Below, piece by piece: positions 1-9,000 of a DNA stretch of 45,867 nucleotides (position 1 is its first letter; each line of letters starts with the position of its first letter). The DNA comes from a virus. Its lineage: Duplodnaviria; Caudoviricetes. The translations under genes were made by a program, and so were the position numbers. Below the pieces are notes generated by a model. The model saw only the letters and a program-made list of their open reading frames with translations. It searched no databases and was not told the DNA's origin. Where the stretch lies: positions 1 through 45,867 of IMG/VR virus record IMGVR_UViG_3300046000_004867; one strand, given 5' to 3'.

Positions 1-127
1 GTATTCTTGAACGCGAGCAGGCCATCGGTGCCCATCTGGAACGCCATGTTTAGCAGCACGCCCTTGCGTGCGTCATCGAGATCCTGAAAGAACGGCAGCG
101 CGCGGGTGAGTGCGTCGATGCGGTCGT
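1..127. repeat. Terminal direct repeat copy 1 (circular-assembly overlap)
   Basis: Identical to 45741-45867; 127 nt matches a common assembler k-mer; an ORF reads in frame through the junction. Confidence 0.95.
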
Positions 128-296
128 TTATGTCGTTGCGCAGCAGGTAGTCGATCTCATCATCGCGCAGGCCCGCGCCCTTGCGCGCGTCCACCAGGCG
201 TCCCACGCCGATCGTGTCGTAGCCCAGGTGGTCCTGGTACACGGAGCGCTTGCGGCCCTCGTCGCGGATCAGTTGCTGGGTGAGTTCGGAGATCAT
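1..296 (-). CDS. Endolysin, T4-type lysozyme (GH24), 5' part; continues across the junction to 45611
   Basis: Manual translation from ATG 296: MISELTQQLIRDEGRKRSVYQDHLGYDTIGVG..., with the T4L-like E-x8-D-x5-T catalytic motif; joined ORF is 141 aa; ATGA overlap with upstream gene. Confidence 0.92.
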   Translation of the reverse strand, partial: MISELTQQLIRDEGRKRSVYQDHLGYDTIGVGRLVDARKGAGLRDDEIDYLLRNDINDRIDALTRALPFFQDLDDARKGVLLNMAFQMGTDGLLAFKN

Positions 297-655
297 TTAT
301 GCGGCCCCTGTAAAAACGCCTGCCACAGCGCGTAGCCCGCCCAGCCAATGAAACCGATCAGGCCATACTTGGCGATCTCGGTTTGCATCGTCCGCCAGAA
401 CTTGGCCTTGTCCTCGGCTTGCTTAATCCAGGCCTCGTGCACCTTGCGGTGGCCGTCGGGATCTCCATCTGGAAAGCTGTGCTCGAACACACGCACCACC
501 GACTTCTCGACCTCGTCGCGGAAGACGCCGTGGTGGTAAGTCATCTTGACCTCAAGCGCCTTGACGGTGCTCTGCAGCTCGCGGATGTGCAGCAGCAATG
601 CATCGCTGTTGCCCTTGCGGCAGTCCTCGAAGTGCTGGGTATCGTCTTGGTGCAT
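293..655 (-). CDS. Lysis-cassette membrane protein (C-terminal TM helix; holin/antiholin-like)
   Basis: ORF 293..748, start re-placed at ATG 655 because a promoter -10 abuts 748; hydrophobic C-terminus YGLIGFIGWAGYALW; coupled to the lysozyme gene. Confidence 0.6.
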   Translation of the reverse strand: MHQDDTQHFEDCRKGNSDALLLHIRELQSTVKALEVKMTYHHGVFRDEVEKSVVRVFEHSFPDGDPDGHRKVHEAWIKQAEDKAKFWRTMQTEIAKYGLIGFIGWAGYALWQAFLQGPHK

Positions 656-720
656 CACCCCCATCCCCCCAAGAAAGCCACCAGCGCGAGCACGATATTG
701 AAAGCGGTCTGGATGTCCAT
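655..720 (-). CDS. 21-aa hydrophobic peptide MDIQTAFNIVLALVAFLGGWG (possible truncated holin-like N-terminus)
   Basis: Manual translation; first ATG after the late promoter; TGATG overlap with the next ORF. Confidence 0.4.
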   Translation of the reverse strand: MDIQTAFNIVLALVAFLGGWG

Positions 721-748
721 GCGTCGTGCGGATTGATTGAGTTGCCAC

Positions 749-780
749 ATGGTAGGTGGCAGGGTCCCTTTCACGGACAC
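749..780 (-). promoter_or_regulatory. Late promoter motif copy (lysis cassette): GTGTCCGTG-N17-TACCAT
   Basis: One of six equally spaced copies. Confidence 0.8.
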
Positions 781-790
781 AGGGGACAAG

Positions 791-815
791 AAAAAGCCCG
801 CGCTGGGCGGGCTTT
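791..815 (-). terminator. Rho-independent terminator after tailspike
   Basis: Minus strand AAAGCCCGCCCAGCGCGGGCTTTTT; same hairpin at 21681-21703. Confidence 0.8.
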
Positions 816-827
816 GTTGGAGCTTCC

Positions 828-2972
828 TTATGCCTGGAATGAAATTGAGCCTGTGATTAAGTTCGTAGTCAGGTTGGCGTTGGTCTTGTAGGCAGTGCCA
901 TCAATTTTTGTAAAAGAAAGGTACGCAGCGCTTGTGACCGCCGATACCGCGGCATCCGCGTTTCCAGTACAGATAGCCGAAGAATCAGATGTAGGGGTGT
1001 AGGGCATGCCAAGCAGGCGGGCGTTAGCCGCATTGGCTGTCGCCGGAAACTGAACCTTGAACGTGAGCGTGACTAGCTTGCCGACCTTGGTATAGGTCCC
1101 GCTGGCGGATGTGTATGAAATATCGGGGCTGGTTGGCGCCCAAGTGCCCTCTGCGTATGACGTTGGGAGCGTGCTTATCGTAGAGCCAGGCCACGTTGCG
1201 CCGCCGCCGAGAGTCCCGACCCCGCCTTCAACGTTATTCCCAAGCGCGATAACGCCAGTAACCGAAGCGTTTGTGTAGATGCCAAATGCAGACCCCACCA
1301 AATGGCTAAAGTTACAGCCGGTAATCACAAACCCGTTGATGCTTGTCAGATCGATCGCGTGGTGGTTTACCTGCGTGGACGAGATGTAAAACCCACTAAT
1401 GGAGCCGCCATTCTGGTTGTTCCCAATGTGTACAGAATAGCCAGTGCTTGCGCCGCAGGTTTCTGCGTAGCCGCCAGAGATGGTGTACCCAGCGCAGTAG
1501 ACTGAAACGAACCCCCCGTTGTCGCACGCTTCTGCGGATGAGCCCATAAAGGCGTGGCCAGCGCCATAGCTTCTAAACCCAATTCCCGTGCAGCGGTTTA
1601 CTTTGCATCCTGTAATCGCAAGAGCGTTTGACTCAGTACCAACAACAGTGGCCCCGCCGAGTCGGAAAGAGTCGCCAGTCACATAGTAGGCGAGGCATGA
1701 CGAAACGTTCACACGCCAAGAGTAAAGAAGTTCAAATGCGGCCTGGGCGAAACTGCGGTGTGTGTCATCAACGCCAAAGCACTGGATTTTTTCAATGTTC
1801 CACTCGCGCAGATTCCATGCGTAGATTCCGCGAAGAACAGTCGTGTCACCCGCTTGAATCAGGAAGTTTCCGAGATAGCCAGAGTTCTGCGTAGTGCCAC
1901 CGCTGCCTGTGCCAATTTGAATTGCGTTGATCGCGCCGTATGGCTTCAACACTGTGGCGATGCCGTTTCCAGTAACGTTTACGGAGTTGCCGGTGATGAC
2001 AATGGGAGAGGTTAGCTTGTAAGTTCCATCAGGGATAAACACGCCTTTGCCATTTGCTTGCGCGTAAGCAATAGCTGTATTTATTGCAGTGCTTGCGTCA
2101 GTAACCCCAGTGCTATCGGCATCAAAATCCCACACGCTCACGTTCTCCCGCAGCTTCTCTTGCACGCTGGTCGCCGTACCGCCTAACGGTTGGTACGCAA
2201 TATCCAGCGCGTCGCCACTCATTCCAGAGCCCAGGCCCTGACCGTAACGGGCCAGAATCTCAGCACCCAACGAAGGCGCCACGGCGAAGATCAGCGCCGT
2301 GTTCAGGATCGTGTGGTCCACGCCCGGCACGCTGGTGAGCCCGTCGACCGACACGTCGATGTTGCCAAGCGTGACCGGGTCCGCGTCCAGTGTGAACACC
2401 GTGGTCGTGCCGTCGCCGGTGAACGTGTCGTAGCGGTAGGTGGCGAACGCCACGGCCGTGGCCAGTTCGCTCAGGGGGAAATTCTGCAAGGCTTCGGCGG
2501 TCGAGTCCCAGCCGATCACGGCATTGCTCAGGGGCGAAGGCAAAGTGACGTCGGCGCTGGTGCTGACACTCACCTGGGTAGCGCGACCAAGCTGTTCTTT
2601 CAGTTGCTGGATCTGCATCGCCATGCGGTCGAGTTCGTTCTCGAGCGCCAGCGGTGAGAAGTTGCCACCGGCCGGCAAGTCAAGCGGCTGGTCGTAGGCC
2701 AGGTTGCCAGTGATGGTGAGCACGTCGCCGGTGGCGAGTGCCGAGCCACTGATCGGATAGGTCACCGTGCCGCCCGGGCTGGTGTCCTGGTTGCTGTTGA
2801 GCACCACGCTGTAGTCGGTGTCGAGCACGCGCACGGTCTCGATGCCAAGACTGTTGGCGGTCGTTACCAGGATGTCGGATTCGGCGAACACCTTGAAGGT
2901 GAACGGCCAAGCGGTTTGCGCGCCAGTTCCGAGCAGAGGCCCGGCCTTACGCGTGGTAGAGGGGATTGTCAT
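828..2972 (-). CDS. Tailspike/tail fibre: T7 gp17-like N-terminal anchor plus beta-helix (pectate-lyase-like) domain
   Basis: N-terminus with PFTFKVF...ELDRMAMQIQQL anchor signature; SVWDFDADSTGVTDASTAI...VFIPDGTY beta-helix entry motif; position after ejection proteins. Confidence 0.88.
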   Translation of the reverse strand: MTIPSTTRKAGPLLGTGAQTAWPFTFKVFAESDILVTTANSLGIETVRVLDTDYSVVLNSNQDTSPGGTVTYPISGSALATGDVLTITGNLAYDQPLDLPAGGNFSPLALENELDRMAMQIQQLKEQLGRATQVSVSTSADVTLPSPLSNAVIGWDSTAEALQNFPLSELATAVAFATYRYDTFTGDGTTTVFTLDADPVTLGNIDVSVDGLTSVPGVDHTILNTALIFAVAPSLGAEILARYGQGLGSGMSGDALDIAYQPLGGTATSVQEKLRENVSVWDFDADSTGVTDASTAINTAIAYAQANGKGVFIPDGTYKLTSPIVITGNSVNVTGNGIATVLKPYGAINAIQIGTGSGGTTQNSGYLGNFLIQAGDTTVLRGIYAWNLREWNIEKIQCFGVDDTHRSFAQAAFELLYSWRVNVSSCLAYYVTGDSFRLGGATVVGTESNALAITGCKVNRCTGIGFRSYGAGHAFMGSSAEACDNGGFVSVYCAGYTISGGYAETCGASTGYSVHIGNNQNGGSISGFYISSTQVNHHAIDLTSINGFVITGCNFSHLVGSAFGIYTNASVTGVIALGNNVEGGVGTLGGGATWPGSTISTLPTSYAEGTWAPTSPDISYTSASGTYTKVGKLVTLTFKVQFPATANAANARLLGMPYTPTSDSSAICTGNADAAVSAVTSAAYLSFTKIDGTAYKTNANLTTNLITGSISFQA

Positions 2973-2999
2973 TGTGCGGAGCTCCTGCAGACTGCCGTG

Positions 3000-3031
3000 A
3001 TGGTAGGCGGCAGGGGCTCCGACACGGACAC
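3000..3031 (-). promoter_or_regulatory. Late promoter motif copy (tailspike): GTGTCCGTG-N17-TACCAT
   Basis: Repeated intergenic motif. Confidence 0.8.
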
Positions 3032-3032
3032 C

Positions 3033-6000
3033 TTAGTCCTTGGGTGGCGGCCCAAACAGCACGGCGGTTGCCGGGGCGTTCCCTTCGTCCCAGGCCTTCC
3101 AGCCCTTGTAGCTGCGCACCAGCTGCGTGGTCGGCAATCCCAGCGCGGTGCCCAGGAACCCGATCGTGGCGAGCACGGCGGCGTCGTCTATCTCGCCCTG
3201 CCCTGCTTGCTGCACAAGCCGCTTGCCATCGTTCACCAGCTTGCCCGCGGGCGGGCCCTGGTAGTCGAATGGCGACCACACCGCGGGCAGTTCCCGCAGG
3301 CCGACAAACATGCCGAGCAGGTACGAGGCCTGCCAGCCGGCCAGTCGCTTGGCCCACTTCTCTGGGTCGTCATCGTCGCCGCCCTTGAGCGCGTAGGTCA
3401 GCAGCGCGGGCAGGATGGCCGGGATCACGTTCAGCAGCGCCATGTCGCCGAGCCAGCCAGCCACCGCACGCGGGTTCTTGAAGTCGGTGCGAACGGTCGC
3501 CTCGATGTTGAGCTGCAGCGTGGTGTTGAAGTAGCTGTAGAACTGGGTCAGGAACGGCAGGTTGCGCTGCACGCTGGACAGGTCCTTCGTGTCGCCACCA
3601 CCCTGGCTCGCCAGCACGGCCTCATCCGCCAGTGCGATCGCGGTGTCGTCATCGACCCCGCCTGCGAGCGCCTTCTCGTAGGCCCCCACCCAGGTCGGCA
3701 CGTCGGCGACCATCTGCATTTTCTGCATCAGCATGAACAGGCTGGTGTCGACGATCTGCATGACCTTCGACTTGCCGTTCACGCGCTGGCTGATCTCGCG
3801 CAGTTCGCGGTTGAAGGTCTTGCCCCGCAGGCGCATGAACTCCGACTTCTCCTGAATCCAGCGGACGGTGTTCTCCATCCGCATCGCGTCCCCGCCCCAC
3901 CGTGCCGCACCCTTGAGCACCGGCATCACGCCGATGCGGGCCATGCTCTGGGTCAGGCCGAAGGGCTGCATCAGGGCGGTGGTCAGGCTCGCGCCCATGA
4001 TCGATCGGGTCACGTTGCTGCGCATCGCCAGCAGCAGTGTGTCGATGCTGGTCTGCTGGGCCACGTTGCCGACCGCGATAGCCTCCATCGTGTCGGTCAT
4101 GGCGCGGTGGATCTCGGGGCCGTAGTGCTCGCGGATTGCGCCTGCGATGCGGGGGTCGTTCAGCAGCCGGATGGCGTCGATCGTCCACTCGTGCCAGGCC
4201 AGGTCGTGCACCACCTGGTTGACGTGCTGGGTGATCGTGCTCAGGTCCTTGCGCACCGGGCGGCCCACGACCTCCTCGACGCGGGCCTTGGTGTGGCTGC
4301 GACGGGTGGTTGGGCGCAGCACGGCGCCGCGCATGATGTCCTCGGCCATCTGCTTGGATTCGTTCTTCTGCGCCTTCAGCGAGCGGTCGCTGTCGTACTT
4401 GATCGGGTAGTAGCCACCGCGCATCTGCACCTGGGTGCCGTCGCTTGCGGTCAACATGAAGGGCTCGGCCTCGACCTTCTCCTCCACCACGCCGCTGACG
4501 CGCAGCTGCTTGGCGGCGATGTCGGGCCAGTAGCCGTCGATGTGGGCCCAGACGTCGTTGACGAACTGCAGCTCGACCGGGGTGAGTGTGGCCAGGATGG
4601 CGTTCACCTGCGCCTCGGTCCAGGCGTCGCCGTCCATGATCCGCTGGCGGTTCTGGGCGTTGCCCCAGTTCAGCGCGACCGAGAGCCGGCCAGCACGCGA
4701 CAGGCTGTTGCGGATCTCGGGGATGAACAGCTTGGCGCCGCTGATCCCGCCCGGGAGCTTCTCGATGGGAGCGTAGATTTTGGCGAGCGCCTCGGTGGCC
4801 TTCTCGATGCCGACGTTCTCCTGCGTGCCGCGCTCGTTCATGGGTGCGATCAGGGCGCGGTAGAAGAACCCGTTGTCCTTGCCGTCCATCTGGTGCACCA
4901 GGCTGTTCAGTTTGCGGTGGTCGGCCCAGGCGCCCTTGAAGAACTTCTTGATCTTGCCGTCGGGCTCGAGCTGGACCGGCAGCACCGTCCCGCCGTTGGC
5001 GCGGATGGCGTCGGCGATCTCGGTGGCGATGATGCCGAACTCGCGCTTGTCCTTGGCGGCCAGCAGTCGGCTCTTCAGTCGGCCGATGTGCTCGATGTGC
5101 TTGACCGTGAGAATCAGGTCGCGCAATTCGTCGACCGTCATCTCCTTGTAGCTGGTGAGCTTGATGTTCTCCATCAGCTCTTCGGGGATGATGGGGTCGA
5201 TGCCGAGCGCGTTCTGCGACTCGATCCACTTGGCCAGCGAGGCGCGGCGGTCGATCTCCTTGCCAGAGACCGACACCCGCAGGTCAACCCGCTCGAGCAG
5301 CTTGTCGATCTGGTCGGTGTACTCCGGCGGCAGGTTCTTGCGCACGCTCTCCTTGTCGAACTTCTTCAGGTACTCGATGGACTTGGCGACCTCGTTGCCA
5401 GCCTCGAGCGCAGCCTTGGCGGCGGCGTTGTTGAGCACCTGGTCCTGCTTGGCCTTGACGGCGTCCTGCGTCTTGCCAGCGGCCGTGGCCTCGAGCCAGC
5501 GCTTGCCAGCGCGTCGTTCGGCGGCGGTGTGCTGGGCGGCCAGGGCCTTGAGCTTAATCACCTTGCTGCGGCCCACCACGTTGGCGGCGAACTGCTTGGC
5601 GGCGGCCACGATCGCGTTGACCGTGATCTTGCTGCCGTTGGTGCTGGTCTTGCCGGTGTCCTGGCGCGGGTTCAGCATCTCGGCCTGGCTGCGCAGTTCG
5701 GTGGCCAGTGAGCGTGCGCGTGCTTCGTTGTGCACGGCCTCGAGCGCTGCCTGCTCAATGGCCTTCTGGTCGATCAGGTCGCCGTGCTCCTCGAGCATGC
5801 GCTGATCGGTCTTGCCTTCAATCACCTCGGCCTTGTTGCCGACGGCGGCGATCGCCTGCAGCATCTCGTCCACGCTGGTGAACCCGTAGACCTCGGCGAT
5901 GGACTCCATCTGCGCGTCGGCCAGGGGGCCTTCCTTCTTCAACTTTGCCAGCGCGTCCTTCGCTGCGAACTCGGGCATCGCGTCGATCTCTGCCCGCACC

Positions 6001-9000
6001 TCGGCCTCCACGCCCTTGCGCAATTCAGCGGCCTGCTTCTGCAGGGCCTTGATCTCTTTGTTGAGGGCGTTGGTGGACCACTTCAGATCGCGCAGCGAGC
6101 GCGCGGTGAGCTTTTCGTTGGCCTCGGCCGTGGCGTCCTCGTCGGGCAAGAGGCCTGCAACCCCCTCGGCTTGCTTGATCTGCTCCTCGCTGGCCAGCAT
6201 ACGGTCGTAGAACTGCACCATCTCGGTGGGCAGCTTCTGCTCGACGTTGGGGTTGGCCTCGAAGAACGCCTTCAGCGACGTGTAGGCGTTCAGAATGAAC
6301 GCCTTCAGCTTGCGCATCAGGGGCTGCAGCTCAAGGCTCGGGGCCTTACCGGTCAGCAGGTACTGCTCGTAACCCTCGGCCAACGCCTCGTGGTGTGGGC
6401 GCTTCTGGTCGAGCGACATCGCGTTCCAGGTGTCCAGATCCGCGATGCCCTGCCACTGCAGGAAGCGGTCGAGGTTGGCCATCAACCCGGCGGGCGGGTT
6501 GGGCCGTGCTGCGATGCGGGTCAGGATCTCGAGGTAGGCGTGCGCCATCTCGTGGTGCACGGTCGAGAGGTTGGCGTCTGGGTTCAGCGCCAGCTCGAAC
6601 ACCTTCGGGTTGAAGGTGCCGCGGGGGCCTTGGAAGAACAGGTGGCCGAACTCGTTGATCTTGGCCGCGCGGTCGTCCTCGCTGCCGGGCGTGTAGGTTC
6701 GGATGTCGGTGACACCGCGATCGTTCAACGCCTTGATGACGGCGGGGTCAACCCCCTCGGGGACCACGGCGCCCTTGAACTCGGCCAGGTCCACGTCGCG
6801 CAGGATCTTGGCCTCGAAGTATTCGGTCGGAAGATTGCGCAGGCGTGTCAGGTACTCGGCCACGCGTACTTTTGCTTCTTCGCTGGCGGGCGCGTCGCTG
6901 CGTTTGTAGTCCTTCAGCGCGCGCTCGATGGCCTTGGCTGCGCCCAGCTTCGGGGCGTCTTCCAGCACCTCGATGGCCTGGTCAAGAGACAGACCAAGCT
7001 GGTCGGCTATGCCTTCCAGTTCGGTATCCACCTCGGTCTTCACCGCCTCGAACGCGGCCTTGTCCATCAGCCGGTCCTTGGCCTTGCGAATCTGCGCGAG
7101 GCTTTTGAACTGTGGGGTGAACTTGGCGCGCAGCGAGCCAACGCCGTAGTTGAAATTCTCCCCGCCACGAAGTTCCTTTTTCAGGATCTTGACCACGTTC
7201 TCAAGCGTGTGCGGGGTGTACTTGCGGTTGCCGCTGTCGGTGAACCCCTGGAATATCTTTTCCTTGGCGCCCAGCGCCTCAAACTTCTGCGCCACGAACG
7301 CCGCAAATTGCGTATCAAGTTCGCCACGGATCTGAGTGCGCAGCGCATCGCGCGTGGCGTAGCCATCGGGTTCGGCTTCCTTGCCAACCTTTGCCATCTC
7401 ATAGGCTGGGTTGCGCGAGAGCGCCATCAAGCGCGACCAGTCGTTGACCTTGGCGTCCTCGTAGTCGACCACCAAGTCGTCCAAGCCGGCGCCGATGTAC
7501 GCGTCGTTCTGCTCGGCGATGACCAGCTTCTGGAACTCGTCGTTACGCATCAGGCTCTGGTGGTCGGTGTCGCCGAAGAACTTCTCGAATCCGAAGTTCT
7601 TCAGGCGCTGCAACCTTCCGGGGGTCATGCCCTCCTTGGTCTTGACGTTGGGCGTAACGCCCTGCTCGGTCAGGAACTGCCACATCACGGCGGCCGAGTT
7701 CGCCATCTCATCCGCGCCGCGCTTCTCCAGTTCATCGAGTTGGATTGTTGCGCCGGTTGCCTTCTCCCCTTCAGCGAACTGCGCCTTCAAGGTCTTGAGT
7801 TTTGCCGGCGTCAGTTCATAGGTGATCTGGGGGTAGCGCGGGCTGTAGATGTCCGCGCCGAATACCTTGCTGGCGGCATAGCCTTGTGGGTCGACCATCT
7901 CGCTGGGTGCGAGCAGTGTGATCTCACCGAAGCCGGTCAGCGGGTGGGCTTTGTTTGTTACGGCCAGCGAAGGCACGGGGATGCCGCCCATCTTCACGGC
8001 GTGCAGCAGGTTCGCAGCGGTCAGGTTGTGCTGCGCCACCAGGTCGGCGTTCTCTTGCTTCAGGATATTCGGGTCGTTCGGGTTGAACCCGCCGTTGTTG
8101 CCGATGGCGGATTTGATCTGGGCGGGGTTGAAGGCGACGTACATTGGCTTGCCCTGCACTTCCATTGCCACGCCGTCATACCCTCGTCGCTGAATCTCTG
8201 CCGCTATTGCAGCAGACTTAAACCCACCGACAGTGCTGCGAATTTCCGCCATCTCTTCAGGGTCTGTGAGCGGGTTCTTTAGCGCGAGGTAAACAGGCAT
8301 GACGTTTCCGCCGCTGGTAGATCCCCCTTGGTTGCCTTGCCGCGCGTACCCTGACGCATAGGTCGACTCGCCGGAAAAGTAAAAACCTTTTCCATATAGC
8401 TGAACCCCATTTTTTGGGGCGTTGATGTCGAACGTGTCGAACGATTCGCCCGTCCCGTGGTACACGACCAGCGGCTTACCCTCAGTGTCCACCACCTTGC
8501 TATCGCCAAAGAAGTTCTGGAACTCAGGCGTGGTCGTTTGATCCACTGCGGAGTTCAGCACCGCGCCGTTGCCGGTCTTGTCGGTGAACGTGATCGGGTC
8601 CTCGGCCCAGGCCTGCTCGGGCGTGATGCCCCGCTCGCCGGCGATGGTGGTGTACATGGCCGCGAACATCGTGGCCGTGCCTTCGTTCACTTCCTTGCGA
8701 AAGCGCCCGACGGCGTTTAACTGCTCGAGCACGGTCTGCTTGACCGCGTCGTGGGATGCCTGCCAGGCCTGCTGGTCAACGGCCTGCGCGATCACGCGCT
8801 CAGACTCTTGCGCCAGGAACTCCTGCGCCTTGCTGCCTGCTTCCTTGGCTTCGGCCTGGCTCATCGCGCTCGGGTCACCGATGCGGGCGTTCTCCACCAG
8901 CATCGCCTCAAGCGGTGTGCCCGGTGCGACAGTGAGCACGTCGGACATCGGGATGCTGACCACGTCGTTGGCTGCGAGTGCGGCCTCCATCTGCGCGGCG

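Noticed and set aside
1-127. 127-bp terminal repeat as a biological terminal repeat of the virion DNA
   Set aside because: It cuts through the lysozyme gene and equals a typical assembler k-mer; best read as circular-contig overlap
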